Source: Squalus acanthias (lineage: Eukaryota). Taken from it: a stretch of DNA of 64,000 nucleotides. The stretch spans positions 100,380,001-100,444,000 of the forward strand of contig CM059431.1 in the NCBI GenBank assembly GCA_030390025.1, written 5' to 3'. A program made the translations under genes and the position numbers. The notes below the pieces were generated by a model that saw nothing but the letters and a program-made list of their open reading frames with translations, had not been told where the DNA came from and made no database searches. Of the stretch, positions 12,228-24,705 are shown one piece after another (positions within the stretch are counted from its first letter, which is position 1; every line of letters starts with the position of its first letter).

Positions 12228-13196
12228 GAAAGAAAGACTTGCATTTCTGTAGCGCCTATCACGTCCTCAGGACGTCCCAAAGCTTTACAGCCAATGACAA
12301 TCTGATTTGTTGGTTGAGGGAAAAATATTGGCCAGAACTCCTGTGCTCTTCTTCGAAATAGTACCAAAATATTACATCCACCTGAGGGGGTAGACGGGGT
12401 CTCGGTTTAACGTCTCATCTGAAAGATAGCACCTCCGACAGTGCGGCGCTCCCTCAGTACCGCCCCTCCGACAGTGCGGCGCTCCCTCAGTACCGCCCCT
12501 CCGACAGTGCGGCGCTCCCTCAGTACCGCCCCTCCGACAGTGCGGCGCTCCCTCAGTACCGCCCCTCCGACAGTGCGGCGCTCCCTCAGTACCGCCCCTC
12601 CGACAGTGCGGCGCTCCCTCAGTACCGCCCCTCCGACAGTGCGGCGCTCCCTCAGTACCGCCCCTCCGACAGTGCGGCGCTCCCTCAGTACCGCCCCTCC
12701 GACAGTGCGGCGCTCCCTCAGTACCGCCCCTCCGACAGTGCGGCGCTCCCTCAGTACCGCCCCTCCGACAGTGCGGCGCTCCCTCAGTACCGCCCCTCCG
12801 ACAGTGCGGCGCTCCCTCAGTACCGCCCCTCCGACAGTGCGGCGCTCCCTCAGTACCGCCCCTCCGACAGTGCGGCGCTCCCTCAGTACCGCCCCTCCGA
12901 CAGTGCGGCGCTCCCTCAGTACCGCCCCTCCGACAGTGCGGCGCTCCCTCAGTACCGCCCCTCCGACAGTGCGGCGCTCCCTCAGTACCGCCCCTCCGAC
13001 AGTGCGGCGCTCCCTCAGTACCGCCCCTCCGACAGTGCGGCGCTCCCTCAGTACCGCCCCTCCGACAGTGCGGCGCTCCCTCAGCACTGCACTGGGAGTG
13101 TCGGCCTGGATTTTGTGCTCTAGTCTCTGGAGTGGGACTCGAACCCATGACCTTCTAACAGAGGCGAGCGTGCTGCCCACTGAGCCATGGTTGACA
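12228..13196 (-). mobile_element. Deu-domain SINE with homogeneous 33-bp array (about 20 units, 12434-13090)
   Basis: Identical copies of gtgcggcgctccctcagtaccgcccctccgaca. tRNA head at 13130-13196 on the minus strand. Confidence 0.88.
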
Positions 13197-13406
13197 ATAA
13201 TAATTAGAAAGCTGAGAAACAGACTACAGACACCTAACCAATGGGAAGATCAGAAGAACGGGCACATAGTCACGCAGTCACTTCAAATGAATCGTCCAGA
13301 ATAAAGTTAATCTCGGACCTTACTCAGTCGTGTTCCTTTAAGTTAATAATTTTTAGATTTTACCAATAAAAGAGTCTGACCCTGTTAACTGTTTTTGTTT
13401 GTACAG

Positions 13407-13476
13407 GATTCTGAAAGTCTGTTTCTAAAAGCACTTCAGATTAATCCGACCATAGCAAGCTATCATGGGAATTTAG
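13407..13476 (+). CDS. TMTC4: TMTC4 coding exon (TPR region)
   Basis: cag| acceptor and |gtaggt donor. DSESLFLKALQINPTIASYHGNL(A). Confidence 0.93.
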
Positions 13477-14514
13477 GTAGGTGTTATTTTTAAGCATCTG
13501 AAAACTTCAAAGTACTTCAAACTACTTGCTGCGTTTAATAGCAGAGCTGTATATCTTCGCAGATTTCGTTACTGTATGGAGAATACTATTTTTTCCTGTC
13601 AGTACTTGGATTTAAACCTCGCTAACATTCCTTACAATTGCTGAAACGATAGCTAAAATACTGATGATGATTGTATTATTAGATAAATTAACTTAAAAAA
13701 AAATACAAATTCAGTGATCCCTGAATGTAAATACATTCTATAATGAAGATTTTTACTATGCTTCCAAAAAGCAGTTTGTGCCAAATTATGGCAATGCTGT
13801 GAGCTCGCGCCTATTAACAACTATACAATTCCCGTTCTCCCGTCACCCCTGTGCTTGCTGACCTACATCGGCTCCTGGATAAGCAACGCCTTGATTTCAA
13901 AATTCTCATCCTTGTTTTCAAATCCCTCCATGACCTCGCCCCTCCCTATTTCTGTCCCCATCTCCAGCCCCACAACAACCCCCCCTCCCCGAGATCTCTG
14001 CGCTCCTCCAATTCTGGCCTCTGGCGCATCCCTGATTTTCATCGTTCGACCATTGGCGGCCGTGCCTTCAGCTGCCTGGGCCCTGAGCTCTGGAATTCCC
14101 TCCCTAAACCTCTCCGCCTCTCTCTCCTTTTTAAGACGCTCCTTAAAACCTACCACACCTGCTCTAATATGTGGCTCGGTGTCAAATTTTGTCCGATAAT
14201 CGCTCCTGTGAAGCGGCTTGGGATGTTTTACTACGTTAAAGGCGCTGTATAAATGTACGGTGGTGTTGTGCAATGAGAGAGCGATACATTAGGGAGACAC
14301 ATTAGGAGGCTAGGCTGTCTGGTATAACAATAGGTGATAGTTGGAGGGGAAAATGGCTTTTCCGCTGAGCAGTACCTGAAATGAGGCAGAGCATTTAGAG
14401 ACCCACTAGTATTGAACAGATAGGCATGGATGTGGTAAATACAAGATAAAGCTCCCTTTATATTTACCCAGTAGTACACCTTAAGCATAATCCCAGGAGC
14501 AGCTCACACTGAAC

Positions 14515-14940
14515 CATAGACTCACACAGCACAGAAGGAGGCCATTCGGCCCATTGTGCCTGTACCGGCTCTTTGAAAGAGCTCTCCAATTAGTCCCACT
14601 CCCCCTGCTCTTTCCCCATAGCCCAGCAAATTTTTTTCCTTTTCAAATATTTCTCCAATTCCCCTTTGAAAGTCACTATTGAATCTGCTTCCACCGCCCT
14701 TTCAGGCAACGCATTCCAGATCACAACAAATCACTGCGTTAAAAAAATTCTCCTCATCTCCCCCTCTGGATTTTTTTGCCAATTAGCTTAAATCAGTGTC
14801 CTCTGGTTACTGACACTCCTGCCACTGGAAACAGTTTCTCCCTGTCTACTCTATCAAAACCCTTCATGATTTTGAACACCTCTATTAAATCTCCCCTTAA
14901 CCTTCTCTTGCTCTAAGGAGAACAATCCCAGCTTCTCCAC
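14515..14940 (-). mobile_element. CR1 3' fragment
   Basis: Reverse complement of the family at 3120-3510. Confidence 0.85.
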
Positions 14941-15013
14941 TCCTTTTCTTTTCCATTTTCTAGTCTGTTTTCTTAGAACACCAAACCAGTCTGCAAGCCA
15001 AATACATTCTATC

Positions 15014-15108
15014 TTTCTCTCTCCACGGATGCTGCCTGGCCTGCTGAGTTTTTCCAGCGTTTTCTGTTGTTATTTCGGATTTCCAGCATCCGCAGTATTT
15101 TGCTATCG
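15014..15108 (+). mobile_element. Truncated Penelope-like family A insertion (no hammerhead core)
   Basis: 11-bp TSD tacattctatc (15003-15013 / 15109-15119). Ends about 50 nt before the TMTC4 last exon. Confidence 0.65.
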
Positions 15109-15158
15109 TACATTCTATCCATGTTTTGGATCATGAAAAGTTTGTCCTTGCGTTGCAG

Positions 15159-15307
15159 CTGTACTTTACCATCGCTGGGGGAGATTCGATCTGGCCAAGG
15201 AACGTTACGAGGTCGCTCTGAAGCTTGATCCAGCCTCTCCGGGGATTGTGGAGAACTACAACCTGCTGAGGAAAAAACTTGAACAAATAAAGAAGGAGCG
15301 ACTATGA
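15159..15307 (+). CDS. TMTC4: TMTC4 terminal coding exon
   Basis: ttgcag| acceptor. (A)VLYHRWGRFDLAKERYEVALKLDPASPGIVENYNLLRKKLEQIKKERL*, TGA at 15305-15307. Confidence 0.95.
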
Positions 15308-15567
15308 TGGGAGAAAGTTAATGGACAACTAAATCTACGAGAGCTCACGGTTACCGGTTCAAAACATTCCTACCTGATAAACAGTTCACTGCAACGCAGA
15401 AATCTCAGCACAAGCCAGTTGTCCACCATGCTTGTACTTGTGTCAGTGCACGCTCCACATCTATTTAGTCCCGTGTCGCTGTACCCTTCCTCTCCAAATG
15501 TTTATCCAATTCCCCTCTTAAATGTTGCGATTGACTCCGTTTCTGCAGCCATTTGCAGCACTGCATT

Positions 15568-16269
15568 GGCCTGGATTTTTTTGCGGTCGGCGGGGTAACT
15601 ACGGATTACGCCTTACCTGATGGTGGCGGGGGGGGGAAACCCCCCTTCGCGAACTTGCTGTTTGACGCTGTGTGCTCGAGGGCAGCGTGATGGCCCACGG
15701 ATCCCGGGGGGGGGGGGGGGGGCGCGCAGCGTGTGGGATCACGTGGGCCTGGTGCTCCAATCAGCAAACAGCAGGTCTCTCATTCGTTTCTGATCTCCGG
15801 GGGGGAAAAAAAAATCAAACCCTCGTTACTAGAGCCTTCCGGGATAAACATCTATACTTTGGATTTTTTTTCAGCTTATGCTCCACATGGATGCCAAACA
15901 AATAAATAATGTGCTCAATGAAGCAGCTGCTTCCTCTGAGCTTTCCATGGACAAATAAAGACTTTCCATGGACAAAATCCTAAAATGTTTCCTCCTAAGT
16001 TTTTAAAATTACTTGCATTTGTCAGGAGGTTTCCCCTTGCACCGTGGAAACAGGCCCTATTTCCACCAGCCGTAAAGTTTTTGTACGTAATTGGGGGGCA
16101 ATTCGCCCAACTCTGCGCCAGCAATTAGGTTTCCAGTGTCGATGTGGATGATCTGTCGAGTCGGAACTTTGACAGATCGCAAGTTTGGCCGAACCTGCTG
16201 TCCATTTTAAAGGCGGTATGATGGCGTACTCTGAGCACACCGTCATAACCCACCGCAAATTCTAGTCCC
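15568..16269. mobile_element. Harbinger-like MITE downstream of the TMTC4 stop
   Basis: Imperfect TIR ggcctggatttttttgcggt / accgcaaattctagtccc; att/ctt flanks. Confidence 0.5.
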
Positions 16270-16424
16270 CTTGTCTTGGAAACCCCAGTCCCATCCCAAA
16301 TATAAGACTTTTATAGTCTTTGGACCTGGCGATGGCATTGCTTCAATCTGATAATAAATCCCATGGATCCAGTGTCACAAGTTGTAGAATGCCATGAGTT
16401 TGAACCTAGATTTACAGGAGGTAG

Positions 16425-18775
16425 AATACATCAGAACAGGAGGAGGCCATTCAGCCCCTCGAGCCTGTTCCACCATGCAGTTAGATCCTGGCTGATCTGT
16501 ATCTCAACTCCATCTACCTGCCTTGGTTCCGTAACCCTTAATACCCAACACCAACAAATATCTCTCAATCTCAGTTTTGAAATTTTCAATTGACCCCCAG
16601 CCTCAACAGCTTTTTGGGGGAGAGTTTTCCAGATTTCCACTCCCTTTGTGTGAAGAAGTGCTTCCTGACATCACCCCTGAATGGCCTGGCTCTAATTTTA
16701 AGGTGATGCCCCCTTGTTCTGGACTCCCCCCACCAGAGGAAATAGTTTCTCTCTATCTACCCTATCAAATCCTTTAATCATCTTAAACACCTTGATTAGA
16801 TCACCCCTTAATCTTCTAAACTCGAGGGAATACAAGCCTAGTCTCTGCAACCTGTCCTCGTAATTTAACCCTTTTAGCCCCGGTATCATTCTAGTGAATC
16901 TGCACTGCCCCCTCCTCCAAGGCCAATATATCCTTCCTGAGGTGCGGGGCCCAGAACTGAATGCAGTGACTCTAAATGGGGTTTAACCAGAGCTCTGTAC
17001 GACTGAAGCATAACATCCACCCCTTTGCATTCCAGCCCCCTTGAGCTTAATGGCCAACATTCCATTCACCCTTTCAATGATATGTTGTACCCGTCCACCA
17101 GCTGTTTAGTGATTTCTGTCCATGAACCCCTGAATCCGCTCCTCCACAGCTCCTAGCTTCTCGCCGTTTAGAGAATACTCTGGTCCATCTTCCTTGGGTC
17201 AAAGTGGATGGCCTTTGGAAAGGAAGGGAGTCGGGAGCAACTGGCTTCTGTTTAGTTTTCCCTGCTTGAAACCTGTTTGTTGCCGGGATCATTGAGGATA
17301 GATGTGGAGACATCACAGTAAGACCCCTCTGCACCTGAAAGATACTGACTGAATGAAAACATTTGATCTTTTCATTTTTTGTTCAAGTATCTTACATAGT
17401 TTATAAATGTGCCTTCCTTTGGATCACCTTGAGAAGTCCCACAATCTGGAGAGAACATTTAAGCAGACAGTGAGTTTATACTGAAAATTACTTGTCCAAC
17501 GGGTCCATTAATGGCATGTTATGAACTGTATATATTTTAATGTGTAAAACATTTATATTGTCATTAAAATATGCTTTTACACCCAACCTTTGTTCTATTT
17601 TGTTGCATTAAATCTTTGTAATGCGACCAATTTCAGGAGTTGTAACTGGTGTCCACCTCGCATAGCACTGGAACACACAAATAATTAGATCTCCCTTGAT
17701 AGAATTTACAGCACAGCAACAGGCCATTCAGCCCAACTGATCTATGCTGCTGTTTATGGCCCACTCCTACTTCATCTCACCCCATCAGCATCTCCTATTC
17801 CATTCTCTCTCATGTACTTATCTAGTTTCCCCTTAAATGTATCTATGCTATTTGCCTCAACCACTCCCTGTGGTAGCGAGTTCCACATTCTCACCACTCT
17901 CTGAGTAAAGAGGTTTCTCCTGAATTCTCTATTGGATTTATTAGTGACTATCTTGTATTTAATGGGCCCGAGTTTTGGTCTCCCCCGCAAGCAAATTGCC
18001 TTCATTAGCCGAGGCATAGAATATAAGAGCAGGGAGGTTATGATGGAGCTGTACAAAATGCTAGTTAGGCCACAGCTGGAATACTGTGTGCAGTTCTGGT
18101 CGCCACACTATAGGAGGGATGTGATTGCATTGGAGAGGGTGCAGAGGAGATTCACCAGGATGTTACCTGGGCTGGAGCGCTTCAGCTATGAGGAGAGACT
18201 GGACAGGCTGGGGTTGTTTTCCTTAGAGCAGTGAAGGTTGGAACACTGTGTGCAGTTCTGGTCGCCACACTATAGGAGGGATGTGATTGCATTGGAGAGG
18301 GTGCAGAGGAGATTCACCAGGATGTTACCTGGGCTGGAGCGCTTCAGCTATGAGGAGAGACTGGACAGGCTGGGGTTGTTTTCCTTGGAGCAGAGAAGGC
18401 TGAGGGAGGACCTGATTGAGGTATACAAAATTGAGGGGCATAAATAGGATAGATAGAAAGGAACTTTTCCCCTTAGTAGAGGGGTCAATAACCAGGGGGC
18501 ATAGTTTCAAGGTAAGGGGGATGGAGGTTTAGAGGGGATTTGAGGAAAAACTTTCACCCAGAGGGTGGTTGGAATCTGGAACTCACTGCCTGAAAGAGTG
18601 GTAGAGGCAGGAACCCTCACAACATTCAAGAAGCATTTAGATGAGCACTTGAAACGCCATAGCATACAAGGCTACGGACCAAGTGCTGGAAAATGGGATT
18701 AGAATAGACAGGGCTTGATGGCTGGTGCAGGCATGATGGGCCGAATGTCCTTCTGTGCTGTATGATTCTCTGATT
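16425..18775. mobile_element. CR1 fragments (16425-17220 -, 17698-17985 -, 17995-18775 +)
   Basis: CR1 ORF2 C-terminal motifs in the ORF track. Unique AT-rich sequence lies between them at about 17220-17700. Confidence 0.8.
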
Positions 18776-19529
18776 CTTTGTTTTCTCTCCCCAATTGTAA
18801 ATGATGAAACCTCCAGGAATATGTCCAACCAGGGCAGACCACAGCAAATGATCATTGGTTCAGGCGCTGCTCATTGGAGATTCAGCAGTGGGGGAAATGT
18901 GTCCAGATGATGCCACACCAACAACAGTTTCTGATCTAGAAATCCACCCGAGTTTGAGGGAGAGAAGAACGTGATAAAGTGGAAGGTTTTGAGAAGGGAA
19001 GAAACAACAAATTAATAAAATATTTGCATCTTAAGGAAATAATGGAAATCTACCATGAAGGTGGAGGAAAAATACGACCTGCTTCTAACTGCCCCACCCC
19101 TACACGCCGCCATTGGTCGCCCAACATGTCCATCCACACTGTGCCCTGCCTTCCCACAGCCAATCGGAACACAAAGACACTCTTCATTAGCAGACTGGAT
19201 GATTCTTGACCGCCAGCCTTTTTTTCCCCCCATCTCCAATATTTTTATCATAATAAACAGAAGCGGTCAAGGAAAATTAAGAACAAACACAATCTTTTTC
19301 AGTGCCCCGGTGATTTTTTTCTCCCGGGCTTGCTCGCAGCAGTGATTAATTCTTGGAGACTCCAGGGACAATCCTGAAGTGTTGGCCACCCCGAGCTGCC
19401 AATGAGTTAGTAATTTCATCAACTCATCCCCTACTGACAGCATCTCTGCCAACATCTACGCCGCCTCCTGTCTTGTGTATCAACATAAATCTTTCCCATT
19501 TGTGCCACCTCGTCAAAGCCATTTCCAAG

Positions 19530-19986
19530 CAGGGCTGCCAACTCTGGTTGGCCATATTCCAGGAGCTTTCATTGCCTGAGCTTTCGCCTCCAACCGTCCC
19601 GCCCCTACACTCCTGCCATTGGTCACCCAACAGGTCCATCCTCATGGTGCCCGCCTTCCTGCACTAACTGGAAAGCAAAGACACTCCTCATTACCCGATA
19701 GCAAAATACTGCGGATGCTGGAAATCTGAAATAACCACAGAAAACGCTGGAAAACTCTGACGATATTGGATGAGTTTTGACTGTCAGTCAATCAAACAAC
19801 CTTCCCCCCACCCCTCCCCCTCCCCCAATCTCCAATAGTTTCCTAACTGATAAACAGAAGCGTTGAAGGAAATAATGCTTCATAAACACAAGGCCTCCAT
19901 GATTATCTCAAACAGCAGTCTCCCGGGAGAATCACTGCTCAATTCCAGGAGACTCCCGGGCAATCCTCGAGAGTTGGCAACTTCTA
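19530..19986. mobile_element. Non-autonomous DNA transposon (hAT-like termini); related partial copy at 19080-19392
   Basis: Termini agggctgccaactc / gagttggcaacttct. Contains a 60-bp family A Penelope-like fragment at 19698-19757. Confidence 0.5.
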
Positions 19987-19999
19987 AATCTTGCCAAAA

Positions 20000-20272
20000 A
20001 ACGAGTGCATGTGCGCACAACTTCGGTGCAATCATAACTAGTGAGAAGCATTAGGCAGACGCACACAATAAAAAAAAGCCCGCTGTACGGAAATTGTGCT
20101 GCATTTGGGTGAAAGCTTGTCTTAGATCTCCTCCCGGTATTTGGGTTCAACACTTCCGTAATCCTGTCCGCTGGGTTTAGGTTTCAGCGCTGAGCTTTGC
20201 ACAGCGATCCGGGGGGCGGGGCAAAGGATTGGGACTTCCAGCTGTTTCACGGTGCGATCTTCGCAGGTGAGT
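20000..20272 (+). promoter_or_regulatory. Candidate GGACT promoter and non-coding first exon
   Basis: Non-repeat, CpG-containing stretch. NRF1-like tgcatgtgcgca (20006-20017), ETS-like acttccg (20152-20158), GC box ggggcggggc (20213-20222), then a consensus donor cag|gtgagt (20264-20272). Lies downstream of TMTC4 and upstream of GGACT on the same strand. Confidence 0.55.
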
Positions 20273-21395
20273 GAGGGGAGAAGACACATTAATGTCCATC
20301 TGGGCCCCCCGGGGGGCCAGCTGTCAATCAATCGCTGCTGCAAAGCCCTGTTAAAGCTGAAGGGGTTGGACTGCCCCAGGGTCTGACTGACCTAATGCCC
20401 AACAACAACAACAGCCGCTTGCATTTCTACAGGTAGCAAAACGTCCCAAGGCAAAAAGTTTGACAGGGAGCCAGGTAAGGAGAAATTAGGCCAGGTGACC
20501 CAAAGCTTGGTCAAAGAGGTAGGTTTTAAAGAGAGGCTTAAAGGAGGAGAGAGAGGCAGAGAGGTTTAGGGAGGGAATTCCAGAGCTTAGGGCCTAGGCA
20601 ACAGAAGGCACGGCCACCAATGGTGGAGCGATTATAATCAGGGATCCTCAAGAGGGCAGAATTAGAGGAGGGCAGATATCTTGGGGAGTTGTGGGGCTGG
20701 AGGAGATTACAGAGATAGGGAGGGGCGAGGCCATGGAGGGATTTGAAAACAAGGTGAGAATTTTAAAATCGAGGCGTTGCTTAACCGGGAGCCAATGTAG
20801 GTCAGCGAGCACAGGGGAGATGGGTGAACGGGACTCGGTGCGAGTTAGGACACAGGCAGCAGAGTTTTGGATGAGCTCATGTTTACGTAGGGTGGAATGT
20901 GGGAGGCCGGCCAGGAGTGCGTTGGAACAGTGAAGTCTAGAGGTAACAAAGGCATGGATGAGGGTTTCAGCAGCAGATGAGCTGAGGCAGGGGCGGAGAC
21001 GGGCGATGTTACGGAGGTGGAAATAGGCGGTCTTAGTTATGCTGCGGATATGTGGTCGGAAGCTCAGCTCAGGGTCAAATATGACACCAACAAAGTAGAT
21101 TTCCTCGACCAGACACTAATGCGACTCAAAACACTCCTCCACTAGGTCGCTGATGCAGCAAATTCAAGTGTTAAAATTAAAGAAATCTACAAGGCGCTGC
21201 CTGAAGGAGCGGTGGGAGCAGATTCAAGAGTAACTTTGAAAAGAGGAATTGGATAAATACTTGAAACAGGTCAAATTTGCTGGGCTTTGGGGCAAGAGCA
21301 GGTAGCGGGGAGTGGGACTAATTGGAGAGCTCTTTCAAAGAGCCGGCACAGGCATGAAGGGCCGAATGGCCTCCCTCTGTGCTGTATGATTCCAA

Positions 21396-22110
21396 AGAAC
21401 TTGCATTAATATAGCGCCTTTCACAACCTCCGGGCATTCCAAAGGGCTTTGGGAAGTACTTTTTGAAGTGCAGTCACTGTTGTAATGTAGGAAACGTGGC
21501 AGCCAATTTACACACAGCAAGCTCCCACAAACAGCAATGAGATAAATGACCAGATAAACGGTTTTAGTGATGTTGGATGAGGGATAAATATTGGCCCAGG
21601 ACACTGGCCAGAATTCCCCTGCTCTTTGAAATAGTGCCGCGGGATCTGTTACGTCCACGTAAGCGGGCAGATGGGGTCTCGGTTTAACGTCTCATCTGAA
21701 AGGTGGCACCTCCGACAGTGTGGCGCTCCCTCAGTACTGCCCCTCCGACAGTGCGGCGCTCCCTCAGTACTGCCCCTCCGACAGTGCGGCACTCCCTCAG
21801 TACTGCCCCTCCGACAGTGCAGCACTCCCTCAGTACTGCCCCTCCGACAGTGCGGCGCTCCCTCAGTACTGCCCCTCCGACAGTGCATCGCGCCCTCAGT
21901 ACTGCCCCTCCGACAGTGCGGCGCTCCCTCAGTACTGCCCCTCCGACAGTGCAGCACGCCCTCACTACTGCCCCTTCGACAGTGCGGCGCTCCCTCAGTA
22001 CTGCCCCTCCGACAGTGCGGCGCTCCCTCAGTAATGCCCCTCCGACAGTGCAGCGCGCCCTCAGTACTGCACTGGAGTGTCAGCCTGGATTATGTGCTCA
22101 AATTTTTGGA
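21396..22110 (-). mobile_element. Deu-domain SINE with 33-bp array (about 11 units, 21708-22072)
   Basis: Same architecture as 12228-13196. Confidence 0.88.
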
Positions 22111-22918
22111 GTGAGGCTGTGATGTGATAACTCAGGGATGGAACCTTGTACTCCCTCATCCGTAGGAGTTGCTGACTATATTTGGAGTCACAAGGGTTGG
22201 GGGGGGGGGCATAAGAAAATTGATTTGTGTCCCCAAGGATATCAATTGAATTCTGAAATGTAACTGATCAGTTAGATTGATAATCTAATGCTGTAAATTT
22301 CTATGATTCTAAGATTCTAGGATCTGTAGTACAGTTAGAAAAAGTACCTTTTAATTATGTCTCGATTACCTCTTGTGCTCAGTATGCCATATAATTTTCT
22401 AAACTTCTCAAATTTGTTTAATGTTAACGAGCATTAAATAAAGGTGTATGAGTGAAGTAGTAATTGTTTTTAAGGCATTTTAAGTAATTTAATGTTCAGC
22501 TTTTTGAGTTTTGGACTCAAGATGGCTCCTGGGCAGTCGGCTCCCTCGGGAGCTCCTCGCTGTGCACCTCTATCCTTAGCCTTCCTCTGTCACCCTTTGC
22601 CCTTTATGCTCCCAATCTCCTCCCCTCCATATCTTTAAGTTCCCTTGGCTCTAATAGCAGTGCATTTTAACCCTAACTACAAGTTAACTGCTAGTTTAAA
22701 GTTACCTGGGCCCACCTGCCCAATCCCCCGACCATGCCCGCTCTTTGTTTTTGCTCAGTGAGCACTGGGATCTTTGCTCAAATTTTGCATTAGAAAATTC
22801 CTGGGTTTCTCTGGACATCAAGACTACGCTCCTACACTGGACCACACCGTAAGACTCAGCTGCTGTGTCTCTGGTCGACTGGCCAATATTTGTCCCTCAG
22901 CCAACATCAGGAACGATA

Positions 22919-23306
22919 CGATAGCAAAATACTGCGGATGCTGGAAATCCGAAATAACAACAGAAAACGCTGGAAAAACTCAGCAGGCCAGGCAGCATCT
23001 GTGGAGAGAGAAACAAAGTTAACGTTTCAGGTCGAAGACCTTTCGTCAGAACTGGGATTAGTGTTTGGTCCGCTGCCACCTCTCTTCTAGGAATGCCCAC
23101 CTTGAAGAAGTTCTGCTCTTCTCTTCGACGGGACTTCCGTTTGTCTCTTCAACCTTGTTCATCTTCACTGCTTTCAGTTTAAATCTATTTCATTTCCTGC
23201 TTTTTTCCAGGTCTGATGAAAGGTCTTCGACCTGAAACGTTAACTCTGTTTCTCTCTCCACGGATACTGCCTGGCCTGCTGAGTTTTTCCAGCGTTTTCT
23301 GTTGTT
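22919..23306. mobile_element. Penelope-like family A inverted-repeat insertion with two hammerhead motifs
   Basis: 13-bp TSD atcaggaacgata (22906-22918 / 23307-23319). Inverted arms around a spacer. Hammerhead motifs at 23017-23053 (-) and 23209-23245 (+). Confidence 0.7.
23017..23053 (-). ncRNA. Minimal type I hammerhead ribozyme motif
   Basis: AGUU CUGACGA A AGGUC UUC GACCU GAAA CG UU^ AACU. Helix I AGUU/AACU, helix II AGGUC/GACCU, palindromic ACGU helix III. Confidence 0.65.
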
Positions 23307-24705
23307 ATCAGGAACGATAGCCTAGTTGTAATGTCACTGGGATAGTCATCCACAGGCCTGTACCTAATGATCTGGAGACAGGAGTTTAAATCCCACCAAT
23401 GCAGCTGAGGAATTTAAATTCAATTAAATCTGGAATAAAAAGCTTGTATCAGTAACCATGAAACTACAGGATTGTTGTAAAAACCCATCTGGAAATCTGC
23501 TGTCCTTACCTGGTCTGGCCTATATGTTGACCCTTAACTGCTCTCTGAAATGGACCTTCTCAAGGGTAATTCAGGGTGGTTGATTGCCAGCGACTCCCAC
23601 AAATGAATAATAAAAAAATCTAAACAGAAATCTTGTCATTATCACATTGTTGTTTGTGGGAGCTTGCTGTGTGTGATTTGGCTGCTGCATTTCCTATACG
23701 TTAAAACAGTGACTTCATTGGCTTTGGCATGTCCGGTGGTCGTGAAAGGTGCTGTAGAAATGCAAGTCCTTCTTTGTTGCTTATATTTTAGAGTAACTTT
23801 GATCAGCTCACCTGCCGAGCTGAGACTGGAACGGCCGATCCTGCAGCTTCTTCAGGTTCAGCTTCAGTCTGTTTCACTCTCCTGGGCTGAAGCACATTTC
23901 TCAGCCGCTTCTGGATCTGATGGTGACCTCCAGCTGCGCCGTCATCTTTCTTCCCCCGCCACCGATTCTGCTCACCTCCTGGATCTTCATTCCCACCGAA
24001 ATACCTCCGTCGGTGCGTCTTGCGATACTCTACCCTTGAAATAGCTTCAGGACTTCACTTGCCCGCACACCTGTCTCCGAACTTGGACCCTCGCCGACCC
24101 CACCCTACCTACCTCAGCTTTATCCCACCATGGGACCTCTGACTTTAACTCTGGACTCCCTCCTATTGTCTCCTATTTATTCCCAGTTTACTACCAGGAT
24201 ATATGGATCCTAATAATTGCTCTGTAAGCAGGCCTATGTAACTTGAGTTCTCCCTTTGTCCATTCGCGTGCATGTTTTGTCTGCCGCTCCGGACTCGAGC
24301 CCATCACTTCTATTTCCACTTTTTTCTCCCCCTTTTTTACTTTTTTCTCTCTATCCCTCCCTGACACCTCTCTCTCCTGTCATCATGCCACCTTTCATCT
24401 CTCCTCTCTCGGAAACTCTACCCTCCCAAATCCCTACCCCAACCCTTCAGCACTCCTCGACCTTCCTGCTCTCCTGCCACCGTCCCAGGCTTGACTCCCT
24501 CTTAGATAAGCCCACAGCTGCCCTCTGTGCCTGTGTTGGCATCCTACGAAGGCCCCATCGAGGCACTCGTCGCTGCCGTCTTACGAGCAGCAACCCCAAC
24601 TGTCCCATCCTCCTCTCTCGCTGACCTTCCCGCCCAACGTGCCCACTGGGGGCAAATCTTGCCAATCTCCTCCCCATCCAACTCATCCCCCCCAGCGCTG
24701 ACCCT

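Noticed and set aside
15901..17612. TMTC4 polyadenylation signal (AATAAA 15901; ATTAAA 17563 and 17607)
   Set aside because: Several candidates, one inside a MITE. I cannot choose without 3'-end data.
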